A DNA stretch of 64,000 nt from Mobula hypostoma (GCF_963921235.1 NC_086097.1:14508001-14572000); one strand, 5' to 3'; positions 24,361 through 37,392 are shown, numbered from the stretch's first letter. Notes: generated by a model from the sequence alone, not told the origin. A program made the numbers and translations.

Positions 24361-25326
24361 CTCGGTTCTTGGATGTGACATATCAACACTGCTTCTATCT
24401 TGATGGATGCTGCCTGACCTGCTGAGTGTTCCCAGCTATTTCACATTCCAGCATCCACAATTTTTTTTCAATTTTCATTATAAATTCTTCATATTTCTGG
24501 TTTGTGCTTGGGAAAAACGTAATTGAAATTCAGTAACACCCCTCAGGTCAAACGGTGCCCAGCTTACATCAGAAATAGTTAGATTTATTTGTAGAAAATT
24601 CCTCTCTAATTTACTTTATCTTTCTGAAGGAAGAAGACCAGTAGCTGGGGTAGAGTTCCACAGAGACCAAACACCTAGGAGCCCCAGCAAAGCCGTTGTC
24701 ATCCGCTAACGGACCTCCAGAAACAGCTCAATCACTTGCAGACTGCCTGTCAATCACAATCTAAGCCAACATCGATTTATAGAGTTTGCTATAACTATCA
24801 CTGCAGTCGCCGTTCCACTGGACTTTATGGATTGCGTGTTGGTAAACAATCATACATTGAAGATCTAACCAGGTCTGTGTTCCCCAGGGACCAAGTGGCT
24901 AAAGTTGCCTACATAATAAGAAATAACTGACTATGTTAACAGTGAGGGAGCATTTTGTCACCTCGCAAAGATTATCTTCATAAAGCAGTACAACGTAGGA
25001 ACAGTCCCACGATGTTACGCAGAACTAATTAACTAGTAATTAAATGCCGAACTAAAGGAATTCCTTCTACCTACACCATGTCCCTATTCAAAATTTATAA
25101 TTCAAGATCATTTCCGGTACACAAGTGTAAAGGAGGACAAGAGACTTGTTACTCTGGATCCAAAGCAACATCCTTCTATTCTCCGCACGCTGGAGTCTCG
25201 TAAACACCTCTGTTGTATTTCTATCCGCTACCACCCCGGAGCGTGCTCCAGGACCCTCCACTCAATGTATTGAAAACAAACTTGTCCTGGACATCTCCTC
25301 TGCATTTACACCCTCTCACCTTAAAT

Positions 25327-25393
25327 CAGGGGTCCACAAACACCTTGCTTAATGGCTTAGTTTCACAGCATAAAAAAGGGTTCGGAATCCTTG
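25327..25393. mobile_element. hAT-type MITE inside a CR1 fragment
   Basis: Perfect 8-bp TSD ccttaaat at 25319-25326 and 25394-25401; reverse-oriented relative of 10012-10092. Confidence 0.75.
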
Positions 25394-26395
25394 CCTTAAA
25401 TGCACACCCTCCTGTATTCAGTAGATGTCAGTACACCTTAATTTTTTAGAAAGGTTAAAAATGCTAAGAATAGGTTTAGAAAACTAATAATTCAAGGTCA
25501 ATGGTATCATCCTTAACTAATTTCCTAACCCTAGTTGCCATTATGAAGAGGCTGATAAGCCTTCTCCTTCCACCACTGTGGTCCCTGGGATGAGGGTCAG
25601 TTTGTACACTGCTACTGGATAAGGAATTGCGGAAATCTGACCTATCAACCTATAACTGATGATATCACCAGGTTTTCCTCAATCGTACCACTGTTACCCT
25701 CGCGCCAATGCATGTGTTGCTGGTTTCCAATGCACAAGCCACAGATACCTGGTAAAATTCCCAACATGCACCCCTGTGGGTTTGCAAAATAAGCCTCTTC
25801 CCCAACAGGTCTATGTAAAGGACAGCATTAAAATGTTTGAACAAATTTCCATGTGAGCAAGGACTAAAACCAGCCATTCTCGAAGGCCAGCCCTACACCC
25901 CTCCTCACCTTTGCTTTTCAGAAGGCTCACTCCAGTCTCTCTTTGATTAGCCAAGTGGCAGCAAGTTATCACCTCAGGTTCCTGACCATTTGACTCAGGG
26001 TGTACAAGTAGTGAGAATATAGAAAAGGCAGAAAGAGAGAAGGTAAGTTGAGAGAAGAAAAAATATGAAAACAGAAAGTGACAGAGAGAGAATAATAGAC
26101 AAGAGTTCTTTTTTTTACCAGAGAGTTTTAATTCTAAGCAAGAATATTCTAAAGGCTTTCTCTATGATAACAATTCCAGACCTTCCTGCTTCAATTCTCA
26201 ACACTGCTGGTTCAAAAGTAAGGGTCCTGTGATTTTAACCATTAAATAAACCACAGAGAACGAAACAGAAGATTTTCTTTAAGCATGATCTTGAGGAGAA
26301 AACAAGTGCAAGATAAAATCTAGTAATTTGCTCTTTTTTGTGTTTGATTTAAACAGGCAGCAGCATAGCTTCATACGTCGGCTTGGCAAATTGAG

Positions 26396-26440
26396 GAGAG
26401 AGAGAATGAGAGAGAGAGAGAACGAGAGAGAGAGCGAGAC
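26396..26440. repeat. (GA)n microsatellite, imperfect
   Basis: Read directly from the sequence. Confidence 0.9.
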
Positions 26441-26624
26441 TGCAGACTCAACCTTTCTCCTTCATTCCCGCTAACCTCAATACAGTAAGATAGTATTTAT
26501 TTGCCCATTATTTCTCTAAATTATTTACATGGTGGTTTTGATTAACTGCACACATTTAAGGCTGTAGTGTAAAAAAAAACCTGTGGTTTAAAATAGCTTA
26601 GAAAGTTCTGATTTAATAACAGAG

Positions 26625-26670
26625 ACACACACGCACGCACACACACATGTACACACACATAGACACACAA
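26625..26670. repeat. (CA)n microsatellite, imperfect
   Basis: Read directly from the sequence. Confidence 0.9.
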
Positions 26671-26869
26671 TTAGCTCAGCTTAATCTGTTCAGTTGCTCA
26701 GTTCCCCAATTTCTAGTCTAAATCTTGGTTTTAAACAGAGGAGAGTTTACAAACACTTAAAATTCCTTTAGAATAAAAACAGGTAATGCTCTTTTAGGCG
26801 TTCATTCAGCTGTTGCTTAGAAACAAGGATCTGAGAGATCGGCACAGATTTGAGGCTTAAATCTACGTC

Positions 26870-27145
26870 TGTCACGGCAGTGCTATGCTTGGGGGTTGCT
26901 GCGGGGTGGAGATGCCATATTGTGGGAAGACGTTGGACCCAAAGGCTCATACTTCCCTCTCCAGCAGACCTAAAAGATGCCCGTGACACTACTTGGTTAC
27001 TGTGACTTTGCTATTTGTGGGTCCCCACTGTGCACAAATTGACTGTTGGGTTTTCTACATTAAAATAATGGTTATAATTCAATACATATTTAATCATCTA
27101 CAAAGCTATCCAAAGGTTGTTAAAGGCGCTACATAGGAAAGCAAA
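26870..27145 (+). mobile_element. DeuSINE-like (SacSINE1/AmnSINE1-type) relic
   Basis: gctatttgtggg...ctgtgcacaaattgactg...ttctacatta...aaaggcgctacata resembles the 3' half of this family. Similar relics at about 4640-4760(-), 57030-57250(-) and 59170-59400(-). Confidence 0.5.
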
Positions 27146-27334
27146 TCACCCGTTCTTTCCAGCATATAAATGTTTTGCACATTTGTATTACTTTAATTAT
27201 TGGTCCTGATACAGCCTTTTAACCCAAAATGTCGACAATGTTTTAATACTTTAATGTAGGCTTTAACACACGGGTTTTCTGCTTACTTGACTAACAGCTA
27301 TTTTAGGCTCAATAACATGCCATGGTTTGTGACT

Positions 27335-27612
27335 CATTTTATTTAGCAATACAGTGTGGAGTAGGTCCTTTGAGCCACACCACCCCAGCAACCCCAAACA
27401 AACCCAATTAACCCTAACCTAACCGCAGAACAATTTACAATGACCAATTAACGTACCCGGTACGTCTTTGGACTGGGGAGGAAATGGGAGCACGCGGAGG
27501 AAACCCACGCATTCCACAGAGAGAACGTAGAGAGAACAGCACAGGAATTGAACTCTGAATTCAGGAACATCCAAAGCTGTAATAGCATCGTGCCAACCAC
27601 CGAACTACCATG
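27335..27612 (-). mobile_element. V-SINE
   Basis: ggtacgtctttgggactggggaggaaatgggagcacgcggaggaaacccacgc, the reverse V-domain. Confidence 0.85.
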
Positions 27613-28774
27613 CACAAGCCTTCCAGTCAAAATCAGCACCAAATGGACTTCCCTTCTACTGGATTTAATCTTGCACCCATCCCCAAGTGCTCCAGTGTCA
27701 AGACCTGTTGCTTTGCACAAGTACGTCATGCACATCTTGGGAAGTCCATTTTGGGAGGTTGAAGAGAAACACCTGCTTTGCAGATGCAGAAAGCTCCCAG
27801 GAGCCTGACGAAGGAGTTCCGGTTTTTGTTCAGCAAATGCTGCCTGTGGAAGAGTGAGGCTTTCTTTTGGGAACTGCTGAACATGGCCTGGGAATGGGAT
27901 TCAGTTGCTCACACCATTCTGCCTCTCAAACCAAGTATTTTCTCCCACAAGTGTACGTAGACAAGACAGTCATTCGTATGGATCACTATGTTTCTAATTC
28001 TACATAGCTGCTGCAGAGAATGCTTCCTAGCAAAGAGTCTTTCACCAAACTGAAAGCAGAAGATGCTAGAAATATTCGGCAAGTCCGTCAGCATCCATGG
28101 AGAGAGTGACTTTTCATCAGGGTTTCTTTTTTCCATTCTTTCTGCGCATATTAACTTTTTCTAACTCGGCTGCAAGGTCATTAACCTGAAACCTCAGCCC
28201 TGCTTCTCCCCCCATAGAGGCCGCCTAGTCAACTGAGCATTTCCAGCTGTTTCAGTTTCACTTGAGACCTTGGAGAAACTAGGGCCAGTCACCCCTAGGC
28301 TTTGTCGGGGCATTTTCTTCTACACCAGGACAAGAAGCCAAGAGGCTCCAAATGGCTCCAAGGAGGCAAGACAAGGTCAGGCTATGAATCCTGTGGCTAG
28401 CTGTCTGCTCCTGGCTTCCACAGATGTGAAAATAAGGGGAGCTAATTCTACCTCCTCTGGTTTCTAATGCAATTTAAACACGGGTTGTGAATTCATTAAT
28501 TCTTTAAACAGTAAGAAGAGGCTATTACTACGTTCCTTAAGTAACACAGAATGGGGTAGCATGGGAACAAGCCCTTCGTCCCACAATGTCTGTGCCGAAC
28601 ATAATGCCAAATTAAACTTAATTCCTTCTGCCTTCGTCACTTCATTTTCTGTATATTAACGTGCCTAACTGTTCAACACCAATATTGAATCTGCTTCCAT
28701 CAATATCCCCGTGAGCTAGTTCCAGGCACCTGTCACTTTCTGTGGAATAAACTTGCCCACACATTACCTTCACC

Positions 28775-29215
28775 TGATTCAAGATTATCTAATGTCATTT
28801 CCAGAACACAAGTGTAAAGGAGAACAAAGTAATTTTTACTCTAGATCTGATGCAGTACAAAAAAACACACAAGATAAAGAACATAATAATAAAAAAACAT
28901 AATAAGTATAAATATATAAGATAGCTTGTAGACATATATTGACTGTATGTCCATAAAGTGATGCTAGGCACAGGAGTGTCTGCACATAAGGCGTCTTTGA
29001 CAGGAATTGATTAAGAAGTAGTGGTGGGAGTGAAGGAGTGGGTTAGTGAGTAGAGGTGTTGATCACTCTTACTGCTTGGGGAAAATAACGGTGTTTGAGA
29101 CTGGTACTCCTGAATTGGATGCTACGTAGCTTCCTCCCTGATGGGAGTGAGTCAAACAGTCCATGAGCAGGGTGGGTGGGATCCTTCGTGATGTTACTGG
29201 CCCTTTCCTGGCACC
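28775..29215 (-). mobile_element. Rex1/Babar-like LINE 3' fragment (second subfamily)
   Basis: cttccctccctgatgggagt...gggtgggtgggatccttcgtgatg parallels 5395-5460. The tail ttcaagat...acacaagtgtaaaggagaacaa recurs at about 13755-13900 and 25100-25170. Confidence 0.65.
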
Positions 29216-30118
29216 TTTCATCTCCCTTAAACTTCGCTTTCTCGCTTTAAATACATGTCCCTTCTGTTTATTGCATGACATATTGTGTACTGTAATACAT
29301 GCTGGCAATCAGCTAATTTCTCATCACATAGGAATTAGATTTCTTTATTGATTTGCCCATTTCATTTCCCGCCCTCGCTGCACGTTCACTGTATTGTTGC
29401 TCCTACTTCTGAACACTCCAGTGATCTAAGGTGACCCTAGCCTGTAAAACGGCCCATTAATCACTGACTTAATGGGCCATAATCACATAACAAGTGCCTC
29501 ACACCGTGTCAATGGCCGATTCCCAAACATACCCAAGAGTGGGATGATGTGCCAGTTTAGTGGTGCGTGGCAGTGAAACTGACGTTAACCAGCAGCCCTG
29601 CTTGTGACTTCAATCCAGGTTTATGAGTCAGAATCCTGGTTCAAGGGTATCATTTCAAAAGCAGCTAATGCCCATGTCTGCAGAGATGGCTGAGGGGTCT
29701 CTTTGTTGGCATACAAATATATGTCAGGAGACTGGAAAGGAATTAGACTCTGGCCTTCAGCACTTATGATGTCATGACGGATCCATTACCGGCTGCATTT
29801 TTGTTTGGGCAGCACCTAAACGGCAACTAATTTCCAAAGAAAATGACCATCTCTGCCTCTTGAAGTCAAATAACTCAGATTCTGGTAAGATTTTGATCCT
29901 TCAAAATAATACTGTACCAAGTAAGCACACAAAAATCAGCCAAGCCAGCTCGTTGGTATCTGCAAGAGGGCAACAGCAAACTCAAGGGTCGCTAAGGGCA
30001 GAGGTTTCACATCCCTGACACGTCCCCCATCCCAGCCAACCAACATCAGTTAACCTTACAATCAATGGCCACAGAAGCTAGGCTCCGCAAATCTGCGGTT
30101 CTCGGTAATTCTCTGAAC

Positions 30119-30195
30119 CCAGTCCGTAGTCGTACGGCACAGAGCCAGTCCGCAGTCGTACGGCACAGAGCCAGTCCGCAGTCGTACGGCACAGA
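30119..30195. repeat. 26-bp tandem repeat, 3 copies
   Basis: ccagtccgcagtcgtacggcacagag starting at 30119, 30145 and 30171, with one substitution. Confidence 0.95.
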
Positions 30196-30234
30196 CCAGG
30201 CTCTTTACAGTCTATCTTAGCCATGCATCCAAGG

Positions 30235-30480
30235 TGGGCCCGGTAGCTTTGCAGTACCAGCGACCCGGGTTCAATTCCCGCTGCTGCCTGTAAGGAGTTT
30301 GTACGTTCTCCCCGTGACCGAGTGGATTTCCTCCCACAGTCCAAAGACGTACCGGGGGTTGGTATGCTAACTGGTCATTGTAAATTGTCTCCTGATTAGG
30401 CTAGGTGGATTGCTGGGCAGTGTGTCTCGAAATGTCGAAAGGGCCTATCTTGTGCTGTATTTCAATAAGTAAATAAATAG
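30235..30480 (+). mobile_element. V-SINE
   Basis: B box gggttcaattccc, V-domain and aataagtaaataaata tail. Confidence 0.88.
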
Positions 30481-30789
30481 AATGCACATCTAAACTAGTT
30501 GCATTTGCCCAAATTTGGCCCATAACCCTCTAAACCTTTCCTATTCATGTACTTATCCAAGTGTTTCCTGTTGCCAGAGGACAACTACCTGAGGCATCAT
30601 ACAGGAGTGTAGTCAAACAGAATTTGATATCAGGCATAATGGTGCTGAGGTAGAAAACCAGTCCAAAGGGTTGCTGCTTGAAAGAACACCTTAAAGGAAG
30701 CAGGATAAATAGAGGGGCAAAGAGATTTTGGGAGCAACTTTTCCACAAACTATTGTATCTAAAGTCATCTCCACAAATGTTGGAGCGAT

Positions 30790-31400
30790 TATTCAAAGAT
30801 TCAAAGAACACTGACTATAAAAGTATGTATACAGTACACAGCCTCGAGATTCGTCCCCCTGCAGACAGCAACGAAACAAAGAAACACCATACAACCCGTT
30901 TAAAGAAAACATCAAACACCCAGAATGTGAAAAAAGAACAAATACGTAAATTGCAAAACGTGAGCAAAATAACACACCAAAAACAATAAACATCTAAGTA
31001 TGAAATGGTATAGGGGTGTTCAGTCAATGGTTGACTGCAGGCTACAGAGGCAGTTTGCGATGAGACACCACAATGAAATCTTGCAACCAGAAACTAGAAT
31101 CACGGGCAACACGAATGGCAGACTCCTCCAAAATGAATTCAAAGCCACGGACACTAAACATCAAACCGCAGACTCCTCCAAAACAAGTTCAAAGATGCGC
31201 ACACTAAACATCAAATCGCAGAGTCCTCTGAAACGAGTCCAAAGCCTCAGACACTAAATATCAAACCGCAGACTCCTCCAAGAAAGAGTCCCACTTGCAG
31301 CCTGGACCCTATTCTCCTGCACCTTCCACTGACAGCAGCAAACAATAAGGAGAGGGACACCTGCCAAACGCAGGCAGAAGGCACGTTTGACTGGTCTCCC
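30790..31400 (-). mobile_element. Unclassified retro-type repeat containing a 50-bp tandem array
   Basis: Left end ttcaaagattcaaag...aagtatgtatacagtacacagcctcgagattcgtc matches the insert at 20336-20430; internal array at 31118-31291. Confidence 0.6.
31118..31291. repeat. 50-bp minisatellite, about 3.5 copies
   Basis: gcagactcctcc recurs at 31118, 31168, 31218 (variant) and 31268; acactaaacatcaaa recurs at 31151, 31201 and 31251 (variant). Confidence 0.92.
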
Positions 31401-32786
31401 TCATTGAGGGTGTCTGATAGGGGAGAACAGGAGGACATAGGACATAGATCAGAACTTGAGAAAGGAGCTGAGGCAGAGAGGGCTGAGAATGGTACTACTT
31501 AAAAATGATCACGTAGGATACATTGGGAAAGAAAGGATATTCCTAAGTACAGAGCAGAAATACTCCAGTCTGGCTCAACAGGCTTTAACAGGAATTCGCC
31601 GAGGATAATTTAAGAGAATGCCTTTGAAATAAAAGCAAAGAAATTAGCAAGAGTATCGGAGTAGAGGTCAACTCAATCAGCGAAGCAATCATTAATTCCG
31701 CTCCGAGTTGTTGCTCCACTGACTTGATATCCCTTGGTATTCAGGGGAATGCCGGCTTTAATTGGAATATTGGAATAATTCTCTAATACCTGTCTCAGGG
31801 ATCGGTGTGATTTTGTCTCTTCTGCTTGTTTTTTCCTTCTTCTCCTTTTAAAAAGGAAAGATTCTACTGGTGAAGCTGTAGCAGGACAGGTAGTTAATTA
31901 ACTCTAGACAGTTATGTATAACCCCGCATGTGGCAGCCACAGCTTCCTGCTTTGTATGTTACTTTTTAAATCCAGCCTCTTACGAGTGCAGAAGTTGTTA
32001 CTGGAGATAATTCCTGGACCTGCAACCCTGCAGTATTATGTGCATCCAGATTGCTTCCTCTGCCACTCATGGTTAGGGACGTTTGTCATAGAGTTGTCAC
32101 GGCGGATAAAAGAAAAGCACAAAGAAAAATTTAGTCAAGAGTGACAATCAATAGGCGCTGGCTTCTGTTAACAAAATTGCCTATTTCTAGAATGTATGTT
32201 TTACATAATTAAGTGGTTTCTGTTACCTTGTCCGGCAGCAGAGCTATTTCTTCTCTCTCTTTCTCATGTGCACCTACATTCGGACTTCATTCTTTGCCTC
32301 ACTTTTGGCACCCAACCTTCACCAAACTAATCCCATCCCCACCGCCACCCCTTCCCCAACACTTGTAGTGGAAAGCCTCTTCAGAAGAGGGTCAAGGACA
32401 AGAAATTTCAGAAAGAAGAATCCCATCACTCGCACAGGTATATGGATAGGTAAAGGTTTGGAGGGATATGGGTCAACCACAGGCAAATGGGAGTAGCTTA
32501 TATTGGCATTTTGGTCAGCATGGACTAGATGGGCCGAAGGTTCTGTAACCGTGCTGAATGACTCTATGACTCCACTAGAGATGCAGCTGTCAATGAATCA
32601 GAAATATGAAAAAACCACATGGAGCTGAACAAGCTACATCAAAATCAGGGAAATTCTTGCCCTTTCATTGTAAAATAATCCAATTATGTTTTCTGGATCT
32701 CTGTGATGCTCTGCCTATAAGTTCCCTTTATTCCATCTATTTCCTGGTCCCAGAAGTAAACAGATTATATGATTTCCTGATTCGAT

Positions 32787-32905
32787 GAGTCCTGATGAAG
32801 GATCTTGCCCCAAAACATCGACTACTTATTCCCCTGCCTGCGAGTCCCTCCAGAATTTTGTGTGTGTTGCTCTAGATTTCCAGCGCCTACAGAATATCTT
32901 GTGAT
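32787..32905 (+). mobile_element. Penelope-like terminus fragment, hammerhead with G12-to-A change
   Basis: gagtc-CTGATGA-aggatcttgcccc-AAAA-catc-gact, then ttttgtgtgtgttgctctagatttccagc. Confidence 0.8.
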
Positions 32906-34579
32906 TATGAATTCCAATGCTTTTACATCTTAAATGATGCACAGACTGGAACTAAACTTGCCATCTTATTCAGAGAAGCTGTGAGGATGCCAAAGACTGG
33001 TTTTGCCCTTTCAATAGTGACGGTGAAACCAACCACTTTTGAAGCATAACTGGTCTGTTTCCTCAACAGGGACAACTTTGAAGCCGGCTGACAACACATA
33101 ACTGTCCGCACTTTTGGGAGGTAAGACTAGAAAACCGCCCTATTCCACAGAATGACCATCCCATCCTGGCAAGCCCAAGAAGTATTTCTATTATTCTGAA
33201 AGGGTTCTACGAAAGATAATTTTGTTTTTTTTTTCAATTGTCTTCAGCACAGCCCCTGAGTGCCAGATAACTCTGAGTAGTTCAGGAATTTGTGCAATTG
33301 TCTTTCTTTGAATATTTATTCCTGGAATGTGGTTTTTCTGGCAAGAGCAACATTTATCACTCATTTTTAGATGCTCCAAAAAATGAATGGAGCATTTCAG
33401 AGGCAGGTAAGTTATTAGAGTCACAAGCAACCCAGGCAAGTCAGAACTACAAACTTCTTGAAGAACAGAAACAAACTGGCTGGCTTTTTACAGCAATCAG
33501 GTAGCCACAGCACTTCTATGTAAAACTCCTCAATTTATTTTTAATTCTGCTGCTCCTATGGTGAGGTTTGAATGTGCCTTTAGATCATCAGCCCAAAACT
33601 CCAGATTGCTGGCCCACAATGCTGGAACACTGGCGTCTATCCCACGACTGAGGCTAATCGCTCCTTTTCTCTTCCTTTTTTTCCCCATTGGGAAAAGCAC
33701 GATGTTTTCCTGTGGTAAAGCTGTGGTTAACTCCCTTGGTTGTCTTTTATGACTGCACTTCAAAAAGAAACAGGGTACTTTGGCCAAAGTGTATACACAT
33801 GGTTTTCGTGAAGCACCATTTGCTCACTGGCAGCTGAGCGCACTGCCATTAACTTTCTCATTGGCCAACATTTTTCCTTTGGTTTTACATGAATCAAAAG
33901 TGAGGTGGTTAACCTAGAAGATTACACGAGTGTGCTTGTGTGCAGGAGTGCCAGGTGAAGGGAAATTTCTCTCAGAGGGGCAGCTGACACGGTGACACAG
34001 CAGGTGGGCCGCTACCTCAGAGCGCCAGCAACCCAGGTACAATCCCGATCTGGGGTGCTATCTGTGTGGAGTTTGCAGGTTCTTCTCGTGACTGTGTGGG
34101 TCTCCCTGAGTGCTCCAGTTGAATAGCATCTTGGGAAATGGAATGGTTAGGACAGCATAAAGTTGACAGGCAGAAGGGCTTCCTTCCATGCTAGATAACA
34201 ATACCCAATCATTGGTAGTCACCAATCAGCAGCAGACTCTGCACTTAGTGACAGATCTGGCAATACTGGGCCAAGATATCCAGCTGGGTATGGCGGCATA
34301 GTGTTTATGTTATCGGACCAGTACTTTTGACCAGGCAGTACAAGTTGATTCACTCAGTGACAGGCTTGGGTTGTAAAATTCAGTTGGTTACATATGGAAT
34401 AAAAGTATCAGTTACAGTGATGAACCTACAAGACTGTCCTAAAATCCTACCCTTTGCCCTTACCCGATTTGTCCTATCGGTTCCAATGAACAGATTCCTG
34501 TGCTCATCCCTGCAATCCTATCTGGTCATTCTTAGCTGCCTCAGAAAAGGTCCACAAAGCCATTTTATTTCATTTAGAC

Positions 34580-34636
34580 CAGGGCTTCCCAACCTTTTTT
34601 ATGCCATGGTCCGTGGACCCCCGGTTAAAAAGCCTA
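34580..34636. mobile_element. hAT-type MITE (internally deleted)
   Basis: cagggcttcccaacctttttt atgccatgg...gtggacccccggtt, same family as 10012-10092. Confidence 0.7.
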
Positions 34637-34644
34637 ATTTGGAG

Positions 34645-34895
34645 ATATTTTATTTAAAGATACAGCACATTAAAAGGCACTCCCGGCCCAACGAACCCAC
34701 GCCTCCCAATGACACCCACGTGACCAATTAACCTATTAACCCGTACGTCTTTGGAATTTGGGAGGAAACGGGAGCACCCGGAGGAAACCCACACCGCGGT
34801 CATAGGGAGAATGTACAAACTCCTTACAGTGGTGGGACTTTACTTGGGTCGCTGACGCTGTAATAGCACCACACTAACAGCTACATTACCCATTT
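34645..34895 (-). mobile_element. V-SINE subfamily copy
   Basis: gtacgtctttggaatttgggaggaaacgggagcacccggaggaaacccac. The tail variant acccacgtgaccaattaacc also occurs at 10645-10745 and 44255-44490. Confidence 0.85.
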
Positions 34896-37065
34896 AGCTC
34901 AAGGACAGTCAGAGAAGAAATTTAGGACATGCTGCTCAATGTAAACTAATTGCAAGAACAAGAAGCTGAGGTGTGGAGACCCATCCTGTGACTGAACACA
35001 CACAACAATGGCACCTGTGACTGCTCCCTGAGTACAGGGACGGTTAACCAACACTTTGCTGATGACGTCAATGAGAAGACATGTCCACATCTGAAAACCA
35101 TTCTCTCGGGCAAACTGTTTCTCCCGAATCCTTAAAGAGGTTTTGTCACCTCTCCCTTAAGGAGGTTTTTCTTTGTTGTTTGCTTTCCTTGAATATGTTA
35201 AAAAAAAAGGCTCAGCTGACTTAGCCTTCAGCTAAGTATTAAATGTTTTCTGTAGAGTTACTGGAGAAAATTGCTATTGAGGTGGACTGCCTGGAAGAGG
35301 TGCAAGCTGTCAGAATATTTGACTGCCAAATGGTGGCCTTGTTCTAGCCCCCTTTGCTGGACATTGCTCCCTGGCGCTCACTGGGATTTTCCAAAACCGT
35401 GGGACGGATGCTGATCGACTCCAAGTAGTTCCACGGGTTTGGTGGGAAATGGCAGAGCGCAGAGAAAGGGTTGCCAGTGGATTAGCGGTAAGGAATGTTC
35501 TGGTAAGGGGTAAGGATTGGAGGCAACGTGACGATGCAAAGAAGCTAGCGCCAAGCAAACGGCACAGAGGCAACTGCGTTGCTTCCGCCAAATGATTTCT
35601 TCTCCCCTTTTTCACGCTCCCATTCAAATGGCCGGCAGCCCTGCCAGCACCTCAGCCCATGGGAGCTTTGTCCATCAGCAAGCTCAATGTTTAGGCAGAC
35701 AACATGTGTGCCCAGGGAAGAAGCTGGACTGCAGCCTGATCGTGTCCTGGATCAATACCAGTGGTGGGCACCTTCCCACTGGCAAACCGCTAGTCAGAAC
35801 CCCAGAGCTGAGCAGACGAACACTGCAACAGCTTTTATTATTCTGACAGCTTTTTTTCCAAGGGAAGCTTCTCCACTGCCACCTCTCTTCCTGTCTCAGT
35901 ACAGTAAGGTACAACTCAAGTTCAGGCACTCAATCAGAATTTTGGACTGTGCAAACCCAGGTCGGCTCAGATTACAGAATTGTTGCTTTTTTATGACTAG
36001 TGGCGTTCTGCCATGGTTAAGTGTTGAGCTCCTGGCTAAGCTTCTAAATTTGAGATTTTACTTTTATGTTTTTACATCACATATATATTTTAAGAGAATG
36101 TAAAAGGCCTTTTTTTTATTAAAATGAACTGTTCCCTATGGATTTTCAACAGAGATCCAAATCCGGAGAGTAGTGGAATTTCGTAATTTATACAGTATTA
36201 GTCATTTTGATCTGTTTTTACTACATACATTAAACTTGTGGCCTATCAAATTCCATGAAAAACTCTCCAGAGTTATTCCCCAGGATTTTGTACTCTGAGC
36301 TCCCTCCACACACAACGCCCCCCCCCCACCACTAATCCACTTAGAGCCAGGGGGCTTTCTTTAAAGGAAAAGATCTGAGGGTACGTCTGGCATTAATTGT
36401 GCAGAGGGCGGGAAACTGGCCCATTTTCAACCAGGTACCGCGCTGGCATCCGAAAACCAGCTGGGGCCAATCGTGGGGTTTGGCTTTACTGTTCCTAATT
36501 TAATACAGGGTCACGACAATCTGCAGGAGCGCAGCAGGGCTGTCACCGGATGGTGTTACAGCATTCCACAACACCTCTCCTTCTCACCATCACTCATCTG
36601 CCTTGCACCCGTGACCGAGGAGCTACAGAACATCGAGCTTTGATTTCCCCTTAAACCTGGGATTCAGGTCCCTAGCTCCTCACCAGTGTTGCCAGTATGG
36701 ACGCATGCAGCATGCAGACAGGCTCTACAACACACTCATCTTGAGTGGATTGAAGGGCCTGTTTTCCCCACCAACACCTCCCTTCTTCAACCACCCACCT
36801 ACACACTCGGGGCAATTTACAGCGACCAACTAACCTATCAATCACACATCTTTGGGGTGGGTCGTATATGGTGACATATACGTACTTTGATTACAAATAT
36901 ACTTAAAATTTTTGAACTTTTCTCCCACCAGGTCATCACTGAAATTGTAGAGGATGGGGAGTGTCAGCTGTTCCTGGAGTCTTCCTGGTCTGTCAGGTTT
37001 AGCATCACCTACTAACCCACTAAGGAAACACCGGACTACTAATTCAAACACAAAAGAATGCAGAT

Positions 37066-37392
37066 GCAGAGATTTTGTAGATGCTGGAAATCCAGAACAA
37101 CACACAAAATACTGTGAGGAATAAACAGTCTACATTTTGGGCTGAGACCCTTCATCAAGACTCCTGAAGATTTTTGGCCCGAATCGTCGACAGTTTATTC
37201 CTCTCCGTAGACGTTACCTTGCCTGCCGAGTTCCTCAAGACTTCAGATGCTGGAATCTGGAGCAACTCAGTGGGTCAGGCAGCATCAAAAGAGGGAAATT
37301 AATAGAGGTTCACCAAGACTCAAATCAATCCATCAGAAGGGTCTCAACCCCAAACGCTGAGTGTCCATTTCCCTTCATGGATACTGCCTGTC
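37066..37392. mobile_element. Two adjacent fold-back Penelope-like terminus pairs
   Basis: gaggaataaacagtctacattttgggctgagacccttcatcaagact is inverted against ggcccgaatcgtcgacagtttattcctc. A second decayed pair follows at 37243-37392. Confidence 0.75.

Noticed and set aside
30119..31291. 26-bp and 50-bp tandem repeats as a CRISPR-like array
   Set aside because: Units are contiguous with no unique spacers, there are no cas genes, and the context is vertebrate.
35320..35340. CTCF-like motif (ggccaccatttggcag on the minus strand)
   Set aside because: Two mismatches in the central core; too weak from sequence alone.
35579..36103. 174-aa ORF and overlapping ORFs
   Set aside because: No protein-like motifs; ORFs of this length occur by chance in several frames here.
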